This document shows positions 12,829-24,284 of a stretch of DNA of 64,000 bases, in pieces. The translations under genes were made by a program, and so were the position numbers. Positions within the stretch are counted from its first letter, which is position 1. Each line of letters begins with the position of its first letter. This DNA is from Klebsormidium nitens (Eukaryota > Plantae > Klebsormidiophyceae): the NCBI GenBank assembly GCA_000708835.1, contig DF237223.1:1-64000 (forward strand), written 5' to 3'. Under the pieces are notes generated by a model, which worked only from the letters and a program-made list of their open reading frames with translations, had not been told where the DNA came from and searched no databases.

Positions 12829-15800
12829 TCAACGGCAATCGGTATACCAGGCGATGATGCCAAGGACCCCCCCAGCTAAGATGGCGACGGGAGCCCACAT
12901 CTGCAACAAGCCCAACCAGATCAGAAGAGCAGCGAAAGATAAGGGACGATAAAGTGGTGCTCGACAACGCTGCTTTCGCTTGAGGGAGCACCGGCAACGG
13001 ATTGCTATAGCGATCCTATCCACCGTTGGGCGTCAAGACACGAAAGGGTCTTGTACCGCAAACACGGCTGCATGGAATGAAGAGTCTGGAGGGTTCTGAA
13101 CAAATGGAGCCGGTGTGCTGTCAAAGATACTTTGAGCCTTACATTGAAAGCCGAGACAGCAACGTAGCCGAGAATCCCAATGACAATGGACGCATTGGGG
13201 AAGGGACTGATGACGAACGCCTTGAGGCCTAGCTGGAAGACGGACGCGTAGATGAGCCCGATCTGCAAAAAAGAGCGTCATCAGTAGGTCAGGAACGCCC
13301 TCAAAAGGGTCTGAGATGCTGAGGAAGGCTGTGCATGACGCGAGCAATGACGGACGGGTGACGGAGATCGCCAAGCTCACGGACAGTGCGATCCTGCCTC
13401 TGCTGACGCAAGCAGGATACAGTGCCTCGAAACCCGCTAGCCTCGACAGTACTTGACAGACTACTTTGAAGCTACGGAACAAACGACACTATCTCCTGGC
13501 TTGTCCACCAGATTAGTACGCAGTACATGCGCAAGCGCCAACTTTTTCCTGAAGAGCACATTGCAGACACAGCTTCCGGGCATGTCCTTTGCGCTTGCGT
13601 AGATTCTGGTCTCGCTTTGCGGGCAGAATCTAGGTCTTGACTGCGGGCCAAAAGTGGGCATCCAAGATTGAGGTGCATTAAGACAAGGATGTTCCTTGAT
13701 AAACTGTGCAGCATTGAGAGATAAGCAGATACGACGCGTCTAGGCATAGAAGCGAGACCGGAGCGCAATGGCTTACAGCGGTCGCATTGAAGCCAGGGAG
13801 CGCCCGACGGTACCTAAAAGGACCACAGCACAACCAAGTAAGATCAAGGAATAAAAACACTCCCCAGGTAGCACCGAATTTGCAGCAAAGAAAGTACCTA
13901 CGGTGCCAATCCCGTTTGGGGCGTTTGGCAATGTCACCGTTGCCCTTGTGCGTCTTGCCGCTTTTCGCCCAGCTTGAACCAGACACTCATCTTGGACCAG
14001 TGGTAGCATCGATGAAGAGACAAAGAACCGTACAACCAAGCCCACCAAACCCTAACCGCGGGTGGCGCCCAGCTTGCAGAAAAGACACTGTAATCACTCC
14101 TGCTGGCGCAGAACGGAGGGCTCACCAGGGCCAGTTCCTGAACTTGGCCCAGAACGGGAGCACGCCGTAGATGAGCATAATGCCCGGGGCGAACAGGCCC
14201 AGCCAGCACGCGATGATGCCAGGGAAGCCCCCGACCTGGAGCATAAACGGTAAAGAGCAGTCAGAAAAGTGTCCGGATGGCTGGCTGGCAAGCACGTTCC
14301 CAGCAAAAGGAGGTCGAAATACTTCGATGTTGAGTAGCATTTGGTTGGAGAGTGAGAACGACGGCTACACTCAAAATCAAAGGCCGCCCGCAAAGCAGTT
14401 GATGCCGCGCTTCAAAGACTCAGAGACGTCAGCAACTCAAGATCGACAGATGGGCGATCAAGTCAATTCCAGCGTGCAACGAGGAACTTGCCGTGAGTAC
14501 TGAAACTACACACATTGCTTGGTTATACAAAATCTACGAAAAGGAGCCCTTACAATGGCGCCGAGATAGGCCGCGAAGTTGAAGAGCGGCCCGGGCATGG
14601 CTTGCGCCACGGCGAGCCCCGCCAAAAACTGCTGCTCCGTGACCCACGTGTCCGGCGACTCAACGCGGACGCAGTTGTTGGACGGCGTGCTGAAGGTGTT
14701 GTTGCCGCCGGACGTGTAAATGGGCGTGCAGACCGTGTTGTACTTCACCACTTGCTGGTCGATGATGGGCAGCACCACCTGGCCGCCGCCAAAGATGATG
14801 GACCCCGTCACGTAGAACGACTGCGAAGGAGGAGCGGGGGGGCGTTCAAAAATTGCCGGGGCGCTCTGGTGGCGTCGGAAGGCTCTGGAAGGCATTGAAC
14901 TTGAAAAGCAGACGGGGGAGGTGCCCACAAAAGGTTGAGAAAGATTGAAGAATTTGCTTGAGGGGGACATACAAGGCGGTACCTTTTTGAACGCCGAAGA
15001 GGCTGGTCGTTTATGTCCACATATCGTTGACCATTTTCCCATCTTCTAGGGAGGCTTCCTGGAGCTTTCTGGGCAGATGGAAAGCGTGGGACAATGAAAA
15101 TTGGATACAAAAGCCGGGATTTCGTTTCAACCATCAAGCTGGCCAGGGCTGCTGGTCTGCTGACATCAGCATAACCGATAGCGCTTCCAATTCCCTCGTA
15201 GTACCAGTCTCCGAACGATTGAGTTTAATCCTACTGAGCTTTGACCGTAGAATACTTGACGAGGAAGAGAAGCAGCACAGCATTCTATCGGCTGCAAGGC
15301 AGAGCCTCACCTCGAACCAGTGCAAGAACTTGGCGCTCTCGTAGTTGGTGTTGTTCTTGCCAATGACGACGCCGATGAGGATCGACAGCCAGAAGGCCAG
15401 CAGTATTCCGCCGCCATACATGCTGAGCCCAAACCGCTCGACCTTGGAGTCGGACGAACTGATGCTCAGGTCCTTCTTGCGCTCAGTAACAATCGTCAGG
15501 ATGCCGCCTGGCCAGAAGGCAGAATTGCAACCGTTCAGAACGCTCGCTGGTGACAACCTCTGACCATGTTCAATTGTTTCGTGACCTCGAAAAAAATGAG
15601 CACTCACAGAGTTCCAGCAAACACGTCTTGCTTACTGCTTCGGAGAGCAAATACAGCAAAGCCACCTCCTCAAACAGAGAGAAAAGCGCACGAACCGAAG
15701 CAATACAATGTCCTCAACGGCGTCGCTAACACTCCCTACTTCGACTTGCCAGGTGGATCTCGTGACACGCCGCCGCAAGAAGCATGCCTGTAATCCTGAT

Positions 15801-17578
15801 TACGAATCTGTCTTCGCGTTTGAAATCTGTGCGCTCACCGATCGCAATGAGCGTCGGGAAAATCCACTGGGACGCGTAGTAGTAGGTGACTCCCGCCGAA
15901 ATGGCGCAGCAGAAGATTGTAACCCTGTTCTTGCACAGCTTTTTGGACAACGAATACGCAGCGTCCGCAACCAGGGCCACGGCAACAGCGGACAGTCCGG
16001 CGGAGAAGGACCGGAGCCAGTTTGCCGGTTCAACCAGAAACTGCAGTCGTCCCAGGAAGGAGAGGGTTTAACGAGTGACGTTGTGCTGCAAATATACGCA
16101 ACACAGGCTCACTAAACTCCTGCTTTTCAGAAGATCTTCGGTGCTGACGTGAAAACAAGCGACGGCCGAGCTTTCAGAAGGTCGAAAAGGTGTAGCCGAC
16201 CCTGCCAATGTCACGAGCACGGCACTTAAAACAATGAAGCAAAGACGGAAGGACTTGGCAACATAGAGGCACTGTGTGGAATTGATTCGACAAACGACTG
16301 AACACATATTTTCACGTACCTTCCCCGCTCCAAAGCCCACGATGCTCATCATGATTAGTCCCGGGTACTGGAAGAGGATCCCCGACAGCAGCCCGCCCGT
16401 GACCCCCTTTTGCACGATACCAAGCGAGAAGGACATCTGGGTGGACGTGGGGCCGGGCATGCACGAGCCGAGGGCCAGCAACTCCACAAACACGCCGTCG
16501 CTCATCCACCTGTCAATGAGAAGTTCTTGAGTTGAGTATGTGTGCCCCGAAGCTTTCCCTTTCCTTCGACGGGTCTCTTGGGTGCTTTGGAGGATACTCC
16601 GACTGCAAAAAGTTCCAACAAGGTTGCAGAGACCACTTGACTTCGGCCCTGTCGAAACGAGAGCAAGAGTTCCTTCTCTCAAGCGGACGCGACCTGAACA
16701 TGCTACTGCGATGCCACATACTTGAATCTAGGAAGCGGCAACTGAAGTACGAATTCTCGAAAGAACTACCCAAAGGATCATGCCTCAAAATCAACGCAGA
16801 TGAGCTTTTTTGAGGTCATAGTACAAACACTACGTCCAGCCCGCACGTGCAGACGAGACTTCAAAGCAACCGGCTTTGCTCAAGACTGTATAGAAAAGCG
16901 ATGCTTGGGCTAAGATGAGCAACACGAGTTTGAGAACTATCATGCCTGCCTCACTTCATTCTCTCTACGAAGGCCTTGTGGAACTGCCCGATGTGCGCTG
17001 CAGGCCCACCAAAGGCCGTCCACCCGAGAATGCAGAAGGCCTTGAAGATGCCCCAATAACCAACTCTGGCGAACTGCAGGGACGAAGATGATGTCAGGCT
17101 GCGTGAAGATGATGTCAGGGGAAAGCTTTTTGTAGACAATTTGCATAACGTCAAAGGCTCAAAAGGACAGCGTTGCCTGGACACTATCTTGATGTTTCAC
17201 ACTGTAAAAGCGCTCTCCAGATGCGCTGACAATATCGAGTGCATGTCCACAACTTGTCCCCTACTGCAATTCAAAAAATAACTAAGGAACAAGCATTTCC
17301 TTTTCAGGCGCCAACCGCGGTACGTGCAGAGAACGCTTGAACCTTCCCGACAAGACCCGTTTCAGAATCTGATTCCCTGGAATTTACCAAGAGAGCGGGC
17401 AAAGTACCTTTGGTTCATCTTCGTTCATAGCAGGAATGCCTTCCTCTATCTTATCTTCCGGAGGACCAGCCTCCTCTCTCCGGCTCTCACCATGCTGCAT
17501 TATCGCATCCTCCGCTCTACTTGCTCGGTGTAAATCTGCCCGAGTCTCAAACGGAGGAGCTCCAGCCATCTCTACCAA
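12829..17578 (-). CDS. chrA: Long-chain chromate ion transporter (CHR family), paralog 2 (multi-exon)
   Basis: First exon MVEMAGAPPFE...EDEPK, then FARVGYWGIFKAFCILGWTAFGGPAAHIGQFHKAF, WMSDGVFVELLALGSCMPGPTSTQMSFSLG, GSIIFGGGQVVLP and AGLAVAQAMPGPLFNFAAYLG, ending VAILAGGVLGIIAWYTDCR*. Exon order matches paralog 1. Confidence 0.94.
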
Positions 17579-17947
17579 GGCCTGGGCCTGCAGGAAAACA
17601 GGCTAAGCCCTTTCAAACTACAGACAGGGACGTGCCCCCTGCCAGACAAAGTGCACGTCAACCCTCTCTAGGTTCACACCTCTTCTGAGATATTTTCATC
17701 CAGGATTGTGTACAATTATCTTGTGTATGCTCCTAAACAAGAACTATTGTGGCAAGAATACTTCTTCTACAAGTCATTAACAAATGCCCTGTGTTGTGCG
17801 ACCATCAAAGCCAAAGCAATTGCACTGGGACCAGACTGCCAGATGCTAGCTCACCTTCTCAATGTCTGCAGGCCCAGCCACCTCCACTCCTTTGCCCACC
17901 ATGTCTTACAGTTGCTCAAAGCAGGCGGATTGCTTAGACGGTCCAGA

Positions 17948-18224
17948 TGTCAAAATAAAACCTGCAAAAAATCGACCACTTTTTTAAAGTGCCTTTTGCA
18001 ATTTAGGGGGTTCGTCCACTAAGCGGTCGACCTTTGTTTCCTGAACTCCCATCGGCTGAAACCCCCTGTTTCCGGTGAACCAGTCTTACACTGACCGGTC
18101 TTCCAGGAACCCCGTGCCACGTCGGTGGGCAAGAAAATGCATTTTCGCTACTGGTGGAATCCAGCGGTGCTAAGATAATTTCACTGGTCGTCCAAAGCTA
18201 CCGGTGACATCAGCCAATAAAGCA
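17948..18224 (+). mobile_element. Candidate 5' LTR of a Ty3/gypsy relic
   Basis: The segment starts TGTCA and ends CA, 2 nt before a tRNA-Lys primer-binding site. I found no second copy or target-site duplication in the window, so the left boundary is a guess. Confidence 0.3.
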
Positions 18225-18226
18225 GG

Positions 18227-18255
18227 TGGCGCGCACCGTGGGGGCTCGAAACCCA
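18227..18255 (+). promoter_or_regulatory. tRNA-Lys(CUU) primer-binding site of an LTR retrotransposon
   Basis: TGGCGCGCACCGTGGGGGCTCGAAACCCA compared with the reverse complement of the plant tRNA-Lys(CUU) 3' end including CCA, as I recall it (TGGCGCCCACCGTGGGGCTCGAACCCA): 1 mismatch and 2 single-base insertions. Confidence 0.75.
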
Positions 18256-18259
18256 ATGA

Positions 18260-20200
18260 TTAAGTAGCCTGTCTACACCTGGTGCCTCCGTTTTTAAGAT
18301 GAAGACCGACCAGAAGAAGGACCGGAGGCCCCTTCATTGAGCGGAGATCGGTCTTCAATACTCTGAATTCCTGTTGGCCAGCTCCACATCCTTCCGGTCT
18401 TTCTAGGTGATCTTTGAATCTCCTCTTAAGGTCGAACTTCCCTAATTCGATGCGCGCGCCCGCGTTTGACGTCCTGGGGAACGTCTTCGCTAATAACAAG
18501 AGCGTCGCTCAATATTTTCGCATTCTGTTTTCTGCATGTGGAAGGGCTTTACAAAAGTTACCTTTAGAGCCACTAGCCGGCCGAAACCGACCACTCTAGC
18601 TACATGGTCAAAACGGCGATCTTGCCACTTTTTGGGCATTTTCTGAGCACTGGGTCCCTTTACGCATTGGGTTATGGGGGTCGCTCCAGCAAAATTTTTG
18701 GAGATCGAGGAGGGGGAAACATTATATTCGATCAGTGGGGCATCTTTTGGAACATTTTTCAAGATCTTTTGACAGAGGAATTTTCAATGAGACAGGTTCA
18801 AAGTTGACCCAAAGCCAATTTTGCCCAGTTTTCGAGTTTGGTCAATTTTGAACCTTTCTCATTGAAAATTCCTCTGTCGAAAAGATCTTGAAAAATGTTC
18901 CAAAAGATGCCCCACTGATCGAATATAATGTTTCCCCCTCCTCGATCTCCAAAAATTTTGCTGGAGCGACCCCCATAACCCAATACGTAAAGGGACCCAG
19001 TGCTCAGAAAATGCCCAAAAAGTGGCAAAATTGCCGTTTTGACCATGTAGCTAGAGTGGTCGGTTTCGGCCGGCTAGTGGCTCTAAAGGTAGCTTTTGTA
19101 AAGCCCTTCCACATGCAGAAAACAGAATGCGAAAATATTGAGCGACGCTCTTGTTATTAGCGAAGACGTCCCCCAGGACGTCAAACGCGCGCGCGCGCAT
19201 CGAATTAGGGAAGTTCGACCTTAAGGAACTCCAACCGCTCAGTGGAAAAAGGGCCTTATTCCTGGTACGCGGATCAAAACTTCCAACTTGCATGGCAGGC
19301 TCGACTCTCCTAAGCAAGAATCTTGTTGATTGCTAGGGCTTACAATCTGCGTCAAGGGCATAATAAATCATGTGCTTACGATGAGGCCCAACGAATCTGA
19401 TGGGGCAACCTTGCTAAGGTGCCAAAATGGATTCCTAAAGCCCACCCTTGAGTTGGCCTTTGCCTCCCAAACTGAATCAAAGGTCTAGTTTTTGAGGAAA
19501 ACAACAGACCACCATGAAGAACTTTGAAGCAGACAGCTCCATAGAATTCGCAAGATGACATCATCAAACAAAGCTGTCATCGAAAAGGGCTAATCAACCA
19601 ACTTCCGTCAACACCCTGCTGTCCTTGTGAAGATCCAACAACCAATGTGATAGACAAGGTTAAGGAAGCAATCTGAAACCTCTTCTTTGCCAGAAAACAG
19701 CCTTATTATGCCCAGAAGAGTGAGAGGCTACAGGAAGGGTCCCTGAAAATCTGCCCATGCTCTATTTACAACATTACTCGCTTACCACCACTGCAATCAC
19801 AGAATGCACCTGATCTCTGACTACGCAAAGTACATGAACGCTCTAAAAGATCATCTGCCAACGTTTGACAACTGATACCGAGAAAATGAGCAGGCTTCTC
19901 CAGGAGAGATTTCATCAATAGAGTTGCTTCGCTGCCTGGGAGAAGAGCAAAAAGCGTCCTCCTTTGAATGGAATCAAGATCTTGCTTTCCTCCGTCCTTC
20001 TTCTCTATGCATGCCTGTTCCAGTTCAACATGTTACATGCCACCCCTAGCATCGAGTGTGACCCTTGGCTTTATACGAGCCGCCCAAGAAGAAACTCAAA
20101 ACCTCTTTTGAAGAAGCTGCCAGCTCAACGAAACTCAAAGCTGAAATAAGCACCATATACCAAGATCCGAACAGGACAGCTGGGAACGGGATGAGCTCAC
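18260..20200 (+). mobile_element. Degenerate Ty3/gypsy gag relic, interrupted by the foldback element
   Basis: It lies downstream of the primer-binding site. With the insertion removed, one frame reads EKGPYSWYADQNFQLAWQARLS*ARILLIARAYNLRQGHNKSCAY...IKGLVFEENNRPP*RTLKQ. This resembles the Retrotrans_gag pattern (G.A..W ... l+QG..S...Y ... P.TL) with several stops. The right boundary is uncertain. Confidence 0.5.
18430..19220. mobile_element. 791-bp non-autonomous foldback DNA transposon with TTAA target-site duplication (Kolobok-like termini)
   Basis: Arms at 18430-18808 and 18841-19220 are reverse complements, with about 8 substitutions and 1 indel by manual count, around a 32-bp spacer. 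TTAA flanks it at 18426-18429 and 19221-19224. Termini are 5'-GGTCGAAC...GTTCGACC-3'. Confidence 0.88.
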
Positions 20201-21077
20201 CTGCAGATTGCACCAGCGCCTTCGTGTGCCGCCTTTCAATCCTCCACCGATGATGTAAGTGGCCCCTCCAGTTGTTCTACACCAAAAAGTGGCAGGCGAG
20301 TCACGAGACCCTTACGAAGAAGAACGCTACCGAATCCTAGCAAACGCCAAGCCCTAGTGTCCCTAGCATCCTTGCGGTTCCTGCCGCCGCTTGCTTCGCC
20401 AGCGTTGCTGGGTCAGAACACATGTCTCCACTCAATGGCACAATGGGAGGGCTTGTACCTACCGTACCTGAACGTCACTGTATTACAGCTAGTACAATGT
20501 GCACAGCAATTGCTGCCCTCCCCAGCCGTGCCGCGGAGCCAAGATTCCGTTTCCTGCCGAGGCCCTGTTCGGTCTTGGTGATGTTCCGTCTGCTCCGTAG
20601 GTTTCCTGAGGCGGAGGCGAGAGGTGGCCAGCGCAAGGCCCACCAAAGATTCCTCTTCCCTGGTTCGACACAGACGGTTGCGCCCTCGAAAAGTCTCTGC
20701 AATCGAGGGCTGCGATGCACGCGTTTGTACAACTTTCGACGGCCCAAAGTTGGTCTGTTCTTTCTCTCGCTGGCCTCAGTGGTGTGGACAATGTCGCGCT
20801 CTAGTTCTTGCTCCCCCAGGAGATTCAGAATTGCAGCAGCTCGAGCTAGTCTATGTCAGCTCACATTGCACAATGACACATACCGACCCGGTAATAATAT
20901 TATCCTACGGTTGTCAAAAGCAGGGAGGGCGCCATGGCACCATGCAAGGATCTGGCTGCTGGGGAAGAGACCCTACCAAGCACAATTGTGATGCTACAGT
21001 ATTGCTACTCTTGAGCACACAGAAAAAGTGAAAACTTTAAGTTTATTGACCGCAGGCAACAAAATTGGCAGTCAAGC

Positions 21078-24000
21078 ATGGAGGGCATGTCAGTCATAGC
21101 CTTCAAACTTTGCTCTGTGGGGACTATCCTGGTCATCAGCCTGGTCGGAAGTTTTCTTCCGCTGAAACTGCGAACCGTCTCTGCCGAGAAAAGGGTGAGC
21201 TTGGTTGTCCCCACCAGTCGCTCACAATGGAAGAAAACCTTGAGGGCGACACTCCATTTACGTTGCTGACATGTTTTCCATCTTCAAAAGTCCACTTGTT
21301 TCTGCATGTTAAGGTCCATCATACCTAGCTGCATTGCTGCTTGACCAAGTCAGAGCCATTCGCAACCCCTTTCTGTTCCCCACTGGATTCACGTACTGTG
21401 TCCTGATGCTTTTGTCAGAGCGGTGGCCAAATGCTGCTTCATTCCAGATTTGCCCACGGATTCAGCTTCAAGCTTTTCTATAGCGAGCTCCTTGATCACC
21501 AGATGATTCTCTGTGGCACAGAACATGGTGACGGATCTGAGCCGCTTCTTCACTGCGGGTGTCTTCCTCGGAGTGGGGCTCATTCACATGCTGCCAGAGG
21601 CAGCGGACAATCTGCAGAAGCTGGGCATCGGCAGGGTCGGGAAAAGAAACTTTCCGGTGGCGTACCTCATATGTGCTTTGGGAGTGGTCATCATCTGGTT
21701 TCTTGAGCAGCACACGTTCAGGTGCAGAATAGCGCCCCGGACCCCTTGCTCCACTGCAATCAGCTCACTGATGCGGATGCGACGAACGGAAATTTTTCTG
21801 ATGCTCTTCCGCACCAGACAATCCCTCTCTGAACGACAGAGTGTTTGAAGAACAATCAATGATGGCGATTGAACGCGGACGTATGTTACCTTGGTCTCTG
21901 ATAGCAAGCAACTGAAAGTTTTTCTTGGAACCCACACCAAGAAATGTGCCATGTTTTTTTCCTTTTCATTGTGCTCATGCACCTTGCTCGCGTTTTCCAG
22001 GGACCGCTCACGAATGATGGCTGTCGCCGCCAACGCCCATAAGCGGGGAGGGGCAAGCATCTGCTTTGTACGCGTCGAGCCCGTGTCCACATACGGCATG
22101 ATCGTTGATTCGTCTGACGGCTCTCGGTCTCCAGTTGTGCGCATACGCCCAGCGCCACCGAGTTACGTTCCCCCTCTTCTACAGAACGTGGATGAGACAC
22201 GCGCGCTTTTGTTGCCGGCAGAGGGAGTGTCATCTGGCAGGGGGGTATGGGAAGAGAGTGAAGCAGTGAGGACGGGGCCCCCCGCTGAGGACGTGCGGTT
22301 GTTGATACCACTTGAGGGGCAGCAGCCTGTTGTAGAGGGGGGCAAGGAAGTCCTGATCCCAGTGCGTTCTCTCAGAGAGGCTGGGACGGGGGGTTCCGGC
22401 GAAGTTCGAATAGGGGGAGAATCACAGGGAAGCGATCTAGAGGCGGGGGGTGCTGCGGTTAGTGGCAATCTCAAGAAGGCGGGGAGGCGCTCCTCGGGTG
22501 ATGACGGTCATTCTTGCTCCAGTCATTCCAGCTTGCATCGAACAGGTTCGGGGCCTGAAGGAGGAGGGTCTCTCAGTCGAGAAAACTCGGCCAAGCGCGC
22601 AAAGGGGGGGCAAAGAAGAGGGGGGGCGAAGCTGAAGCGCAATGAGTCGGGAAGTCTGTGGTCTCCGCAGGCAATCAATTGTCCAGTGGTGCTGCATGAG
22701 GTTGGTGCCTCAAGGAACTTGGCTTCTTCCAACATCTGCTTCTAAATGTGAATTGTAACTCGATTTAGCCCTCTGGTATAGAAGGCTCCGTGCGTAACTG
22801 CCACCAGATTTTAACAAAAGACTTTCTTGTCTGTTTAGAGGAAGGCCAAACCACCCGTTCCTCCCTAAAAGCTCAGATGAGCAGCCATTTTAAGGGACAA
22901 CGCTCCTCCAGTTTTGCAGATTCCCAGCTTTTGGATTCTTCTCGCATTTTGTTTGTGCTTCTATATCTCTCGAAGCTGCCATTCACACTTCCCCAACTCC
23001 TCTTTTCTTTAGGACCTGTTCACCCACCCCGAACACCGCCACCGCCACACCCACTCCGAGCCGGGGGGTCACAGCGGCCACTCGCACGAAGGCTTTGTTT
23101 CCCCCCCCTGCCCGCCAGACGACCACCGGCAGCTGCACCACCATTCGCACACTGCGGAGCACCACCACGTGATGCTCTCGGGGGGCTCGGGCATGGCCTA
23201 CATCCTGGCGTCGCTCTTCTCGCTGCACTCGTTCGTGGTCGGGGCCGCGTTTGGGATCGGGCGCGAGATAGACCAGGTAAGGCTGTGCTTTATTCTTACC
23301 GCTTTACTACTTCTAGTTGTGTCGCGCGTTGTTTATTGGACAGCTGTGCTTGGCGACTTACGGCGGGCTCGTCTCAGACTCCTGCACCTTTTGGGCTTGG
23401 CGAAGTGCTCAGAAGAGTTCGGCGCCTCAGAAACCGCTCATCGCCCTTGACTTGTCTTCTCGTCTTGACAGTCAGCCCAATCATGAATACACGACCTTAA
23501 GATCGCCGTCTCGGGTTATGTCTTTGAAGCACATCGGTACTTGCATTCATTACCCACCCGTTCGTGTTTCTCAGGGCGCCATCTCGCTCCTCATCGCCGT
23601 TCTCGCACACAAGGGCACCGAGGCCTTCTCGGTGGGGGTCCAGTTTGCTGCTGAGGGCGTCCCCCTGTCGCGGGTGGTGACCATCATGCTGCTCTACTGC
23701 GCGATGACCCCCCTCGGCGTCTTTGTGGGCATGGCCGAGCTGCTGGTGCGTGGTACCACCGGGCGGATCGTTGAAAGCATCACGCAGGCCTTCGGAGCAG
23801 GTGAGCGTAGCGGGTCACGGGGAGGGGCAGGCCGAATCTTGGAAGCGTGACTTGACGTATGAAGCGTGCCTTGATGGTGAAGCCGTGGCTGGATGTTTTG
23901 GTTTATGAGCGGCGGTCGTCGAGAGTATTTCGAGGTTGTGGATATGCGTTTTGGAGGCCGTCACTGGGTTTCGCCTCAAGGTGTCTAGGGTGTTCGCGGT

Positions 24001-24284
24001 AGCAAAGCGACACCGTTCGTGTACCAACTCGTGGTTGTTCACGGATCTTGCTGCACCCGACCCTTCCCAGCTCGTGCCTGTCGTGTAGCAGCTGGCACCC
24101 CTCGCAGTACTTGCCCGCCACTTGACCGTCCGCTTCAAATGCTTTCGCAGGCACGGTTTTGTACATAGTCATGATGCAGTTGACCGACCAGGACGGGATG
24201 GGTGCGCTGCCCAACCGCTGGGTGCAAGCTGCGCTAATCCTCCTGGGGCTAGGGATCATGAGCGCCGTTGCACTCGTGGCATGA
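21078..24284 (+). CDS. ZIP-family (ZRT/IRT-like) zinc/iron transporter (multi-exon)
   Basis: MEGMSVIAFKLCSVGTILVISLVGSFLPL; FFTAGVFLGVGLIHMLPEA; a His-rich loop; LFSLHSFVVGAAFG (TM4 HS motif); AVLAHKGTEAFSVG (TM5); YCAMTPLGVFVG; GTVLYIVMMQL...SAVALVA* with TGA at 24282-24284. Confidence 0.93.

Noticed and set aside
18227-18275. Intact tRNA-Lys gene on the minus strand
   Set aside because: Only the 3' third matches, CCA is encoded, and the D arm and 5' acceptor strand are missing.
18414-19336. Pairs of near-identical ORFs on opposite strands (MVKTAILPLF..., MKNVPKDAPL...)
   Set aside because: They are artefacts of the inverted repeat and show no transposase motif.
19226-20300. LINE reverse-transcriptase relic
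   Set aside because: Only vague resemblance. The upstream primer-binding site and the gag-like LRQG...Y pattern favour an LTR element.
20422-20991. 189-aa plus-strand ORF upstream of the ZIP gene
   Set aside because: No recognisable domain, Arg/Ser/Cys-rich composition typical of non-coding frames, and several equally long overlapping ORFs.
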